Shown here one piece after another: positions 27,852 through 38,613 of a stretch of DNA of 64,000 nt (its first letter is position 1; each line of letters begins with the position of its first letter). Both the position numbers and the translations under genes were made by a program. The notes under the pieces were generated by a model. It did not search any database. It was not told where the DNA came from and saw nothing but the letters and a program-made list of their open reading frames with translations. The stretch is from a virus: positions 2,303 through 66,302 of the IMG/VR virus record IMGVR_UViG_3300023110_000034, one strand, 5' to 3'.

Positions 27852-28450
27852 TGAAACATACACATGCTTATATTGTTGAACCAATTAACGGCAGATACAA
27901 TAATAAGAAAAATGTTGAAAACCAAGAATTAATATTAAATACATCAATAGAAGATCATAAGTTTGTGAATAGATCTGGTATTATAATTGAAACACCAGTT
28001 ATTAAAGACGAATATGATTTACAAATAGGTGATGAAGTAATCATTCATCATAATGTATTTAGAAGATATTACGATATTCGAGGTAACGAAAAAAACAGTA
28101 GAAATTATTTTGAAGAAAACAAATACTTTTGTTTTACTGATCAAATATTTTTATATAAAAGAAGTGGCAAATGGTACACGCCGCCAGGTTTTTGCTTTGT
28201 AAAGCCAATTAAAAGTCTAAATAGTCTTTCAGATGATAAAGAAGAACCGCTTACGGGTGTTTTAAAGCACATAGGACGCGATTTAAAGGACTTTGGTTTA
28301 CAAAACAATGATTTAATAGGGTTTACGCCAAATAGTGAATATGAGTTTGTTATAGAAGGCGAACGATTATATAGAGTACCGCTTAATTCAATTTCAATTA
28401 AATATGAACGCAAAGGAACTGAAGTCGAATATAATACAAGCTGGGTATAA
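27851..28450 (+). CDS. Possible tandem GroES-like protein
   Basis: Two halves with VEP/VKP...G....L..GD.V/I pattern. Confidence 0.5.
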   Translation: MKHTHAYIVEPINGRYNNKKNVENQELILNTSIEDHKFVNRSGIIIETPVIKDEYDLQIGDEVIIHHNVFRRYYDIRGNEKNSRNYFEENKYFCFTDQIFLYKRSGKWYTPPGFCFVKPIKSLNSLSDDKEEPLTGVLKHIGRDLKDFGLQNNDLIGFTPNSEYEFVIEGERLYRVPLNSISIKYERKGTEVEYNTSWV

Positions 28451-28679
28451 AGCAGTACACGAGCTTATACGGGTAGCAGAGGAAGAAATAATTGTAGAAG
28501 GTGGTGATGATGAACTTGCTGCTGATAGATTAAAGAACGCTGCTGCTACTAAAAAACTTGCAATATTCGATGCTTTCGAAATTCTTACACGCATAGAAGC
28601 CGAAAAGAATTTAATGGAAGATAAACCCATTGAAAAGAAAGAAGCGTTTGGTGGATTTGCTGAAAGAAGATCTAGGTAA
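28404..28679 (+). CDS. Small helical protein, candidate terminase small subunit
   Basis: TAATG-coupled to terL; call is by position only. Confidence 0.5.
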   Translation: MNAKELKSNIIQAGYKAVHELIRVAEEEIIVEGGDDELAADRLKNAAATKKLAIFDAFEILTRIEAEKNLMEDKPIEKKEAFGGFAERRSR

Positions 28680-30886
28680 TGTACGAACAGACATTAGTTA
28701 AAACCGTAACACCAGTTAAGTCTAACGTAATCAAAAGATTAAATAGATATAACAAATGGGAATACGGATATAATAAAGAACACGATATTGTTGTTATCAG
28801 TAAGAATGGTAAGATTGGCGAGATAATTGAAATTCAAGGGCTGTGTATAGCATTACCGCCTCAGCCAAAAGAAGTTGAAAACAATAATAACAGATGGACT
28901 ACACATGAGTTTCCTAAGGAGCTTAAAAACGTAAAAAGTATATTTGATTGGGAAACATATCCGGATTCTTTTAAAAACAAATGGTATGCATATATTGATA
29001 GAGAATTTACCAAACGCGAAGAAGGTTATTGGTTCATTAACAAAGGTATCCCTACTTTTATTACTGGTTCTCATTATATGTACTTGCAGCACACCAAAAT
29101 TGATGTTGGGAAGCCAGACTATAGGGAAGCAAACAGATTATTCTTCATATTCTGGGAAGCATGCAAGGCAGATAAAAGATGCTATGGAATGTGCTACCTT
29201 AAGAACAGACGTTCTGGATTTAGCTTTATGGCCTCATCAGAGACTGTTAACCAGGCTACAATTACATCAGATGCCAGATTTGGAATATTATCTAAGTCCG
29301 GTAGCGATGCAAAGAAAATGTTCACAGATAAAGTGGTACCAATATCAGTCAATTATCCGTTCTTTTTCAAACCAATACAAGACGGAATGGACAGACCAAA
29401 GTCAGAGCTTGCATACAGGGTACCAGCATCCAAACTCACTAAAAAGTCGATTACAGAAACGAGTGAAAAGCAAATACTTGAGGGGCTCGATACAACGATA
29501 GACTGGAAGAATACAGGTGATAACAGTTATGATGGTGAGAAGCTCAAGTTATTAGTACATGATGAATCAGGTAAATGGGAAAAACCTGATAACATATTAA
29601 ATAACTGGAGAGTAACAAAAACTACGCTGCGTTTAGGTAGTAGAATTATAGGAAAGTGTATGATGGGATCAACATCCAATGCATTAGAAAAAGGTGGTGA
29701 TAACTTCAAAAAGCTTTATTATGACTCAGACGTTACAAGACGAAATAAAAATGGACAGACTAGCTCGGGATTATATAGTTTGTTCATACCTATGGAATGG
29801 AACTACGAAGGATACATTGATTCTTTTGGATACCCTGTCTTTGATACTCCAGAAGAACCCGTCCTTGGAAATGATGAAGACTATATCGATACCGGAGTCA
29901 TAGACTTTTGGGAAAATGAAGTTGATGGTTTAAAACATGACAGTGACGGTTTAAATGAATATTATCGTCAATTCCCTCGTACTGAAGAGCATGCGTTTAG
30001 GGATGAAGCTAAAAATAGTATATTTAATTTAAGCAAAATATATGAACAGATTGATTTTAATGAAAGTGCTACAAGAGATGGTTTGGTCACTAAGGGATCG
30101 TTTTCGTGGGAAAATGGAATAAAGGATACAAAAGTTATATTCTCACCTAATCCTAATGGCAGGTTTTTAGTTAGCTGGGTACCGTCTAAGAATCTGCAAA
30201 ACAATGTAATAGTAAAGAATGGCGCAAAGTATCCGGGTAATGAGCACGTTGGCGCTTTTGGTTGTGACTCATATGATATATCTGGAACAACAGATGGTGT
30301 TGGGTCTAAAGGTTCACTTCACGGATTAACTAAGTTTAGCATGGAAGATGCACCACCTAATACATTTTTTTTAGAATATGTAGCAAGGCCACAAACCGCG
30401 GAAATATTTTTTGAAGATGTACTTATGGCATTAGTATTTTACGGAATGCCGATATTAGCAGAAAATAACAAACCTAGATTGCTATATCATTTGAAACGAA
30501 GAGGTTATAGAGGATTTTCAATGAATAGACCTGACAAAATTTGGAATAAATTATCTGTAACTGAAAAAGAAATTGGCGGAATACCCAATACATCTGAAGA
30601 CATAAAACAAGCTCACGCTGCCGCTATTGAAACATATATAGATAAATATGTTGGTTATAATGAAGAGGGTAGTGGTAATATTTATTTTAATAGAACATTA
30701 AATGATTGGGCAAGGTTTGATATAAATAAAAGAACAAAGTATGACGCAACTATTAGCTCTGGGCTCGCTATCATGGCTTGCAATAGGCATTTATATCATC
30801 CGAAACCAAAGCATGAAAAACAATCATTAGGAATACAAATAAAAAGATTTAACAATAAAGGAATGCATTCGCAAATAATTAAATAG
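28679..30886 (+). CDS. terL: Terminase large subunit
   Basis: Walker A-like KNRRSGFS, Walker B LLVHDE, GST motif, nuclease GCDSYD. Confidence 0.9.
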   Translation: MYEQTLVKTVTPVKSNVIKRLNRYNKWEYGYNKEHDIVVISKNGKIGEIIEIQGLCIALPPQPKEVENNNNRWTTHEFPKELKNVKSIFDWETYPDSFKNKWYAYIDREFTKREEGYWFINKGIPTFITGSHYMYLQHTKIDVGKPDYREANRLFFIFWEACKADKRCYGMCYLKNRRSGFSFMASSETVNQATITSDARFGILSKSGSDAKKMFTDKVVPISVNYPFFFKPIQDGMDRPKSELAYRVPASKLTKKSITETSEKQILEGLDTTIDWKNTGDNSYDGEKLKLLVHDESGKWEKPDNILNNWRVTKTTLRLGSRIIGKCMMGSTSNALEKGGDNFKKLYYDSDVTRRNKNGQTSSGLYSLFIPMEWNYEGYIDSFGYPVFDTPEEPVLGNDEDYIDTGVIDFWENEVDGLKHDSDGLNEYYRQFPRTEEHAFRDEAKNSIFNLSKIYEQIDFNESATRDGLVTKGSFSWENGIKDTKVIFSPNPNGRFLVSWVPSKNLQNNVIVKNGAKYPGNEHVGAFGCDSYDISGTTDGVGSKGSLHGLTKFSMEDAPPNTFFLEYVARPQTAEIFFEDVLMALVFYGMPILAENNKPRLLYHLKRRGYRGFSMNRPDKIWNKLSVTEKEIGGIPNTSEDIKQAHAAAIETYIDKYVGYNEEGSGNIYFNRTLNDWARFDINKRTKYDATISSGLAIMACNRHLYHPKPKHEKQSLGIQIKRFNNKGMHSQIIK

Positions 30887-30887
30887 C

Positions 30888-33311
30888 ATGGCTGAAACAA
30901 TTTTAAAAAGTTCATTTCCAAGTCAAATAGCAAGCGATGCTGAAAAGGCTAGTTTAGATTACGGATTAGAAGTAGCTCGTGCTATTGAACATGAATGGTT
31001 CAAAAGAGACTCAGGCGCTACTAGATTCTATTCTAATAGAGATGAATACCATAGACTCAGACTATATGCAAGAGGTGAGCAGTCTGTAAAAAAATATAAA
31101 GATGAATTATCTATTAACGGTGATTTGTCTTATCTTAATTTAGATTGGAAACCTGTACCTATCATACCAAAATTTGTAGACATCGTTGTAAACGGTATGT
31201 CAGATAGATTATATGATGTTAAAGCTTTTTCACAAGATCCATCTTCTGTTGAGCAAAGAACAAAATATGTTGAGTCTATTATGACAGATATGCAAACAAG
31301 GGCAATATCTGATCAAATACAAGAACAACTTGGGATTAATGTTTATAATAATGATCCTGAAAAATTACCAGAGTCTGAAGAGGAACTATCATTACATATG
31401 CAGCTTGAATACAAACAAGCAATTGAAATAGCTCAAGAACAAGCTATTAATTCTGTAATGAATGCAAATAATTATGATTTACTACAAAGAAGAGTAAATT
31501 ATGATTTAACTGTTATTGGTATTGGTTGTGTTAAAAATGAATTTAATAAGTCTGAAGGTATTAAACTTAAGTATGTTGATCCTGCGGATATTGTTTATTC
31601 ATATACGTATTCACCTTATTTTGATGATATATATTATATAGGTGAAGTTAAAAGCGTGACAATCAATGAGTTAAAGCAACAGTTTCCTGAATTAACTAAT
31701 GAAGATTTAGAAAACCTAACTAAACAAGGTGTACAGACGCCAGCTTCTCATAATAGATTTATTAATGAAGATAGTGTTTTAGATGCAAATACTATTCAAG
31801 TTTTATATTTTAATTATAAGACTTACAATAATGAAGTATTTAAAATAAAGAAAACAGCTTCTGGTGCTGATAAAGCAATTCCTAAAAACGATCAGTTTAA
31901 TCCTCCAAAAGATGATAGATCAAGATTTGCAAAAGAATCAAGATCAATTGAAGTGGTTTATGATGGTGCATTTGTTTTAGGTACTAAAAAAATGCTTAAA
32001 TGGGAAATTGCAAAAAATATGGTAAGACCAAAAAGCGATACTACAAAAGTAATGCTTAATTACCATGTTGTTGCTCCTAGAATATATAAAGGTCGTATTG
32101 AATCTCTTGTAAGCCGTATAACTGGTTTTGCAGATATGATTCAATTAACGCATTTAAAGCTACAACAAGTATTATCAAGAATGATACCTGATGGAGTTTA
32201 TTTAGATGCTGATGGATTGGCTGAAATTGATTTAGGTAATGGAACAAATTATAATCCGCAAGAAGCATTGAATATGTTCTTCCAAACGGGTTCTGTTATT
32301 GGTAGATCAATGACTCAGGACGGCGATTTAAATCCAGGTAAAGTACCAATCCAAGAATTAACATCTAATGGCGGTAATAATAAAATAAGTTCACTTATAA
32401 GCACTTATAATTATTATTTACAAATGATCCGTGACGTAACAGGCTTAAATGAAGCAAGAGATGGTTCTATGCCAGATAAAAACGCACTGGTCGGTGTACA
32501 AAAGCTTGCAGCAGCAAATTCAAATACTGCTACACGTCATATATTACAATCAAGCTTATACCTAACTGCTAAAACAGCTGAAGCAATAAGCTTAAGAATA
32601 TCAGATGTATTAGAATTTTCACCAACAAGAGATGCATTTATTTCAAGCATTGGAAGATTTAATGTTGGCACATTAGAAGATATTAAAAATATGCATTTGC
32701 ATGATTTTGGTATTTACATTGAATTGTCACCAGATGAAGAAGAAAAAGGAATGCTTGAAAACAATATACAACAAGCACTCGCAAAAGACCAAATATATCT
32801 TGAAGATGCAATTGATATTAGAGAAATAAAAAATATCAAGCTTGCTAATCAATTATTAAAAGTACGTAGAAGAAAGAAACTACAGCAAGATCAAGAATCT
32901 CAACAACGTAATATTCAAGCACAAGCAAACGCTAATTCACAGAATACACAAGTTGCTGCGCAAATGGAAATTCAAAAGAATGAAGCTATTACAAATCAAA
33001 AAGCACAACTCATTCAAATTGAAAATGATCTTGAAATGCAAAAAATGCAACAAGAAAAAGAACTTAAGAAAGAACTTATGAAATATGAGTTTGATCTTAA
33101 TATGGCTCTTAAGGATAGAGAAAATGAAGTGATTGACAAGAAAGAAAAGTATAAAGAGGATCGTAAAGATGAAAGAACTCGTATACAAGCATCACAACAA
33201 TCTAAACTTATAGAGCAAAGAAAAGATAGAAAAGGTGAACAAGAATTTGAATCTGCAGGAAATGATACAATGGGTAGCGGATTTAATTTAGAAATGTTCG
33301 AACCTAGATAA
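30888..33311 (+). CDS. Portal protein
   Basis: 807 aa after terL; PVPIIPKFVDIVV, TGLNEAR and a coiled-coil C-terminus. Confidence 0.85.
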   Translation: MAETILKSSFPSQIASDAEKASLDYGLEVARAIEHEWFKRDSGATRFYSNRDEYHRLRLYARGEQSVKKYKDELSINGDLSYLNLDWKPVPIIPKFVDIVVNGMSDRLYDVKAFSQDPSSVEQRTKYVESIMTDMQTRAISDQIQEQLGINVYNNDPEKLPESEEELSLHMQLEYKQAIEIAQEQAINSVMNANNYDLLQRRVNYDLTVIGIGCVKNEFNKSEGIKLKYVDPADIVYSYTYSPYFDDIYYIGEVKSVTINELKQQFPELTNEDLENLTKQGVQTPASHNRFINEDSVLDANTIQVLYFNYKTYNNEVFKIKKTASGADKAIPKNDQFNPPKDDRSRFAKESRSIEVVYDGAFVLGTKKMLKWEIAKNMVRPKSDTTKVMLNYHVVAPRIYKGRIESLVSRITGFADMIQLTHLKLQQVLSRMIPDGVYLDADGLAEIDLGNGTNYNPQEALNMFFQTGSVIGRSMTQDGDLNPGKVPIQELTSNGGNNKISSLISTYNYYLQMIRDVTGLNEARDGSMPDKNALVGVQKLAAANSNTATRHILQSSLYLTAKTAEAISLRISDVLEFSPTRDAFISSIGRFNVGTLEDIKNMHLHDFGIYIELSPDEEEKGMLENNIQQALAKDQIYLEDAIDIREIKNIKLANQLLKVRRRKKLQQDQESQQRNIQAQANANSQNTQVAAQMEIQKNEAITNQKAQLIQIENDLEMQKMQQEKELKKELMKYEFDLNMALKDRENEVIDKKEKYKEDRKDERTRIQASQQSKLIEQRKDRKGEQEFESAGNDTMGSGFNLEMFEPR

Positions 33312-33343
33312 TTTTTATTTAACCAATTTTATATTATTTTATT

Positions 33344-34588
33344 ATGGCTGAAGAAGCAAACAGTGTTGAAGAGACTGTACAAGAAACAGTTGAACAACAA
33401 GTAGAAGAACAACCGCAAGCGGAAGTTCAAACAGAAGAGAAACCTAATAATGTTACTGTTGATGATGATGGTACCATTAAAATAGATTTAAGACAACAAC
33501 CTCAAACAGAAGAAACAGATGCCGTTCAAGAGCAAGAAACAACAAGCGTGGATGTGGGCGAACGAACCGGAGATAGCGCGAAAGTGGACCAAGAAGTACG
33601 GTCCGATAACAATGAAAGTGCAGCAGAAGAGCAAGTGCTCGAGCTCGTACAGGATGAAGAAACGGTAGAACAAGAAGCAACATTAGCGGATAAAATAAAA
33701 GATATTCCTAATAAGCTTAAAGAACAAGAGGAAGATGTAAATAATAATCAAGAAACCAATCAGTTACCAGAAAACATTGACAAGTTAGTCAAATTTATGG
33801 AAGAGACTGGTGGTACACTTGAAGATTATGTGAATCTTAATAAAGATTATGATAGTATGGATGATATGCAATTATTGCGTGAATACTATCAACAAACAAA
33901 ACCGCATTTATCAAACGATGAAATTGATTTCTTAATTGAAGACAATTTTTCATATGACGAAGAAGTTGATGAAGAGCGAGATATAAAAAGAAAAAAATTA
34001 CTATTTAAAGAATCAATTGCTGAAGCTAAATCAAATCTTTCTAATCTGAAGAACCAATATTACGATGACCTTAAGTTAAGCTCAAAGTTAACTCCAGAAC
34101 AAAAAGAAGCGGTTCAGTTTTACAACGATTATAAAGTTGAACAAGAATCAACACAGAAATTGCGCGAACAGCAACGAAACATTTTTGAACAACAAACTAA
34201 TAATTTATTTTCAAATGAATTCAAAGGTTTTGAATACAAAGTTGGAAATAATAAATATAGGTTTAATGTAAAAGATGTTGATAGTGTTAAATCATCTCAA
34301 TCGGATATAAACACATTGGTTAGCAAGTTTGTTAACGAAAACAATGAATTATCTGATGCAGCTGGTTATCATAAAGCACTATTTACCGCAATGAATTCAG
34401 ATGCTATTGCAAATCATTTTTATGAGCAAGGTAGAGCAGATGCTATTAAAGAGTCTATGGCTAAATCTAAAAATGTAGATATGGCTCCTCGCCAAGGTCA
34501 TGAAGCGGTTACAACAGATTCTGGATTTAAAATCCGTGCAGTTAGTGGTGATGACAGTTCTAAATTACGAGTTAAAATTAGACAATAA
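33344..34588 (+). CDS. Scaffolding protein
   Basis: Highly acidic N-terminus; lies between portal and capsid. Confidence 0.7.
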   Translation: MAEEANSVEETVQETVEQQVEEQPQAEVQTEEKPNNVTVDDDGTIKIDLRQQPQTEETDAVQEQETTSVDVGERTGDSAKVDQEVRSDNNESAAEEQVLELVQDEETVEQEATLADKIKDIPNKLKEQEEDVNNNQETNQLPENIDKLVKFMEETGGTLEDYVNLNKDYDSMDDMQLLREYYQQTKPHLSNDEIDFLIEDNFSYDEEVDEERDIKRKKLLFKESIAEAKSNLSNLKNQYYDDLKLSSKLTPEQKEAVQFYNDYKVEQESTQKLREQQRNIFEQQTNNLFSNEFKGFEYKVGNNKYRFNVKDVDSVKSSQSDINTLVSKFVNENNELSDAAGYHKALFTAMNSDAIANHFYEQGRADAIKESMAKSKNVDMAPRQGHEAVTTDSGFKIRAVSGDDSSKLRVKIRQ

Positions 34589-34608
34589 TAATTAAAAAAT
34601 AATTTAAA

Positions 34609-36051
34609 ATGGGATTATTTGGAACAGGTGGATCGTTTCCTGCTGGGTTAACACCTTCACCTACTAAAACACTTTTCTCAGGTAACTACCTGACTTTTGA
34701 TTCTGCCTCTGGAGGTGGAACATTTGCACAACAATTTTTACCAGACGTATACGAAAAGGAAGTTGAGCGTTACGGAAATCGCTCTGTTTCTTCTTTCTTA
34801 CGCATGGTAGGAGCTGAAATTCCTTCTGCTTCAGATCAAGTTATCTGGTCAGAACAAGGAAGATTACACATCGCATATGATGCTGCTGCGGCAAACACTG
34901 CAACTAATGTTATTACAGAAGCTGGACACGCTGTACGCGCCGGTCAAACCGTAGCTATTAGCGAAGGTCTTGTAACTGTAAAAGCTGTAGTTACTGCTGT
35001 TACTGATGACACATTTACTGTTGCTCCTTATGCTGAGCAAGATCTTGACGCTGCTGGTTTATCTACTGGTACTGCTGTAGCTGTTAAAGTATTTGTTTAT
35101 GGTTCAGAATTTGCTAAAGGTTCTGCTGGAATGACTGGATCAATTGATGCTGGTTTCCAACAGTTTAGCAATTCACCAATCATTATCAAAGATAAATATT
35201 CTATTTCTGGTTCTGATACTGCTCAAATCGGATGGGTTGAAGTTACTACTGAAAACGGTGCTTCTGGATACCTATGGTATTTGAAATCAGAGCATGAAAC
35301 AAGACTTCGTTTTGAAGATTATCTTGAAATGTCAATGGTTGAAGGTGAATTAGCTGCTACTACTGGTAATGGTTCTGAAGCTGCTGATCAAGGATATAAA
35401 GGTACTGAAGGTCTTTTTGCTGCTATTGAAAGCCGTGGAAACATCTATCAAAACTTTAATTCTGGTGAAGCCACTTTAAGCAATGCTGGAGCAGATAGAA
35501 CTGCACTTCAAGACTTTGATGAAATTCTTAAGAATCTTGACAAGCAAGGAGCTATTGAAGAAAACATGCTTTTCTTAAACAGAGCTACCGCACTTGCTTT
35601 TGATGATATGCTAGGAGCTGTAAATGCTCACTATAACGGTGGTACTTCTTACGGAGTATTCAACAACAGTGAGGATATGGCGCTTAACCTAGGATTCAGC
35701 GGTTTCCGCAGAGGATCTTACGACTTCTACAAAACTGACTGGAAATACTTAAATGATGCTGCTACACGTGGTCTTACTGAAGATATTGATGGTGTACTTG
35801 TACCTGCTGGTACTTCAACTGTATACGATCAGCAACTAGGTAAGAACATTAAGCGTCCTTTCTTACACGTACGTTATAGAGCTTCTGAAGCTGATGATAG
35901 AAAAATGAAATCTTGGATCACTGGATCTGTAGGTGGAGTTTATACTTCTGACGTTGATGAGATGAATGTACACTTCTTGTCTGAAAGATGTTTATGTGTT
36001 CAAGGAGCAAACAACTTTGTATTATTCAAGTCTGTTACTCAAGGAGCATAA
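34609..36051 (+). CDS. Major capsid protein
   Basis: 480 aa, strongly biased codon use, GTEGLF, followed by a terminator; position after scaffold. Confidence 0.85.
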   Translation: MGLFGTGGSFPAGLTPSPTKTLFSGNYLTFDSASGGGTFAQQFLPDVYEKEVERYGNRSVSSFLRMVGAEIPSASDQVIWSEQGRLHIAYDAAAANTATNVITEAGHAVRAGQTVAISEGLVTVKAVVTAVTDDTFTVAPYAEQDLDAAGLSTGTAVAVKVFVYGSEFAKGSAGMTGSIDAGFQQFSNSPIIIKDKYSISGSDTAQIGWVEVTTENGASGYLWYLKSEHETRLRFEDYLEMSMVEGELAATTGNGSEAADQGYKGTEGLFAAIESRGNIYQNFNSGEATLSNAGADRTALQDFDEILKNLDKQGAIEENMLFLNRATALAFDDMLGAVNAHYNGGTSYGVFNNSEDMALNLGFSGFRRGSYDFYKTDWKYLNDAATRGLTEDIDGVLVPAGTSTVYDQQLGKNIKRPFLHVRYRASEADDRKMKSWITGSVGGVYTSDVDEMNVHFLSERCLCVQGANNFVLFKSVTQGA

Positions 36052-36059
36052 TTAATAAT

Positions 36060-36102
36060 GTAAGAAATGGGGCGCTTTAGGGCGTCCCTGCTCTTACTTT
36101 TT
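36060..36102 (+). terminator. Rho-independent terminator after the capsid gene
   Basis: GGGGCGC-TTTAGG-GCGTCCC stem within GTAAGA/TCTTAC, followed by a T run. Confidence 0.7.
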
Positions 36103-36124
36103 ATCAATTTTATTATATTATATT

Positions 36125-36955
36125 ATGGCAAAGAAAAAAGAGTCTATGGAGGTTTTAGAAACACCCGTAGCGGAAGCGGTTCAAACTGCATCACAACCAA
36201 AAACTCCTATTAAACCTAAAAATGAATGGGAATTAAAAGATAGGACTTATATTTTATTAGGTAATAAAGCACCAATTACATATACCCTAGCTTCAAGACA
36301 TCACAGTAGAAATCCATTAATGTGGTGGGACGAAGAAAAAGGTATGAGCCGAGAATTAAGATATGCTTCTAATCAAAATTCACCTTTTAAAGATGAACAA
36401 GATGGTTTTTCTACATTAAAGCATATTGTATTTAGAAATGGTTCTTTATTTGTGCCAAAATCAGATCAAGCTTTACAGAAGCTATTATCTCTGTATCACC
36501 CACAAAGAAATTTAACTTATTATGAGGTTGATGCGATTGCTGAAGCAAAAGATGATTTAGAAGATCTTGAACTTGAAATTACAGCACTTAACTTAGCTAA
36601 AGATTTAGATATTGATCATTCTGAAGCGGTATTAAGAGTTGAGCAAGGTTCAGCTGTATCTAAAATGACATCTTCAGAAATTAGAAGAGATATATTATTA
36701 TTTGCAAAACGTAATCCAGCTACATTTATTGCACTTGTTGAAGACGATAATGTACAATTAAGAAACTTTGCTATTAAAGCGGTTGAAGCTGGTATTATTA
36801 GCCTTTCTGGTGATCAAAGATCATTCCACTGGGGAAGTAATAATAAAAAGTTAATGTCAGTACCTTTTGACGAAAATCCATATTCTGCATTTGCAGCATA
36901 TTTAAAAACAGACGAAGGTGTTGAGGTTTATAAATCAATAGAAAAGAAAATTTAA
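36125..36955 (+). CDS. Virion/head-associated protein
   Basis: 276-aa ORF after the capsid gene. Confidence 0.6.
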   Translation: MAKKKESMEVLETPVAEAVQTASQPKTPIKPKNEWELKDRTYILLGNKAPITYTLASRHHSRNPLMWWDEEKGMSRELRYASNQNSPFKDEQDGFSTLKHIVFRNGSLFVPKSDQALQKLLSLYHPQRNLTYYEVDAIAEAKDDLEDLELEITALNLAKDLDIDHSEAVLRVEQGSAVSKMTSSEIRRDILLFAKRNPATFIALVEDDNVQLRNFAIKAVEAGIISLSGDQRSFHWGSNNKKLMSVPFDENPYSAFAAYLKTDEGVEVYKSIEKKI

Positions 36956-36968
36956 ATAAACCACTGTA

Positions 36969-37000
36969 GTGATAGGGTCGCTTCGGTGGCCCTTATCATT
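36969..37000 (+). terminator. UUCG-loop hairpin (terminator or processing site)
   Basis: GATAGGGTCGC-TTCG-GTGGCCCTTATC. Confidence 0.6.
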
Positions 37001-37014
37001 ATAATACAAGATAC

Positions 37015-37713
37015 ATGATTAGTATAGATACAGTATATCAAAGAGTACTTGCCATACTTAATAAAGAGCAAAGGGGATATATTACACCGCAAGAATTTAA
37101 TTTGAAAGCCAATCAGGCACAGTTAGAAATATTTGAACAATATTTTTATGACCTGCAACAATTTAAAAGAATGCGTGATAATAATACAGAGTATTCTAAC
37201 ATGGTCAAGCTTATTGATGAGAAAATAAGTAAGTTTAAAAAATCTGGTACTATGACTTTTAGTTCTGGATCATTTTTAATGCCAAGTGATTTACATAAAT
37301 TAGGTACTGTTATATATAATAATACTGAAATTGAAAGAGTTGATGCTAAAGAAGTTTTATACTTAAACGCATCACCGCTTGCTGCTCCAACTGCAACACA
37401 TCCAATATATACTGAAAATATTGATAATACAAGTGAAGATTGGGGAGTTAAAATTTATCCTACATCAATTATATCAGGAGTTACTTGTACATATGTACGT
37501 AGACCTGCACAAGTTGAATGGAGTTATGTAGAAGTTGACAATACACCTTTATATAATGCAAATAATAGTGTTGACTTTGAATTACACGAATCAGACGAAT
37601 CAAGTTTGGTTATAAAAATATTATCTTATTCTGGTATTATAGTAAGAGAACCAGAAATTACTAATACAGCAGAAGCCAAAGAGAATAAAACTTTAACACA
37701 AGAAAAATCATAA
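37015..37713 (+). CDS. Tail adaptor/ring protein
   Basis: NKEQRGYITPQEFN...Y.R.P...W pattern; position. Confidence 0.65.
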   Translation: MISIDTVYQRVLAILNKEQRGYITPQEFNLKANQAQLEIFEQYFYDLQQFKRMRDNNTEYSNMVKLIDEKISKFKKSGTMTFSSGSFLMPSDLHKLGTVIYNNTEIERVDAKEVLYLNASPLAAPTATHPIYTENIDNTSEDWGVKIYPTSIISGVTCTYVRRPAQVEWSYVEVDNTPLYNANNSVDFELHESDESSLVIKILSYSGIIVREPEITNTAEAKENKTLTQEKS

Positions 37714-37716
37714 TAG

Positions 37717-38607
37717 ATGGCTTTATTTACACAAACACATGAACAATATTATGATGGTGACAATTATGGTAACTATCAATACACAGCTTTAAATGATGTT
37801 ATCAATAACTTTATCATTTCCTATGTAGGGGATGATAAAATTATTAATACAGTAAAGCGAAGTGAAGTTGCATACCATGCTAGAAGAACATTACAAGAAC
37901 TTAGCTATGATACATTGCGTTCAATTAAATCGCAAGAGCTTGAAGTTCCACCGTCATTGTCTATTGTGTTGCCACATGATTATGTAAACTACACACATAT
38001 CTCTTGGGTTGACGATGCTGGTATTGAACAAGTCGTTTTACCAAATAGAATTACTAGTTCACCTACAGCCCCATTACAAGATGAAGATTATAATTATCTT
38101 TATGATCAAGATGGTAATCTATTATTAGCAAATAAATCAGTAACTGAAACAAGATTTCAAGATGGTACAGCTTATGATAATAGTTTATCAGATGTAAGCA
38201 CAGACTTTTTAGAAGAAGGTTACGGATATAATGTTGATTATGGAAAGCGTTATGGAATAAATCCTGAAGTGACTACAAAGAATGGTGCTTTTGTAATAAA
38301 CTACAATAAAGGTATTATATCTTTTTCAGGTGATTTTGCAGGTAGAATTATTACATTAAAATATATATCTGACAGTGTTGCCACAGATGAAGAAATGAAA
38401 ATTCATAAATTAGCTGAAGAAGCTATGTATAAAAGCATAGCCTATGCTATTATGTCTGTAAAGCAAGGTATTCCTGAATATCAAGTTCAAAGAATACGCA
38501 AAGAAAAAATTGCTGCAACAAGAAAAGCTAAATTAAGATTAAGTAATATCAAGCTTAAAGAAATTTCGCAAATTATGCGAATTAAGTCTAAGCAAATAAA
38601 ACACTAA
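37717..38607 (+). CDS. Tail tubular/ring protein
   Basis: LPHDYVNY motif; position. Confidence 0.65.
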   Translation: MALFTQTHEQYYDGDNYGNYQYTALNDVINNFIISYVGDDKIINTVKRSEVAYHARRTLQELSYDTLRSIKSQELEVPPSLSIVLPHDYVNYTHISWVDDAGIEQVVLPNRITSSPTAPLQDEDYNYLYDQDGNLLLANKSVTETRFQDGTAYDNSLSDVSTDFLEEGYGYNVDYGKRYGINPEVTTKNGAFVINYNKGIISFSGDFAGRIITLKYISDSVATDEEMKIHKLAEEAMYKSIAYAIMSVKQGIPEYQVQRIRKEKIAATRKAKLRLSNIKLKEISQIMRIKSKQIKH

Positions 38608-38613
38608 GGTATT

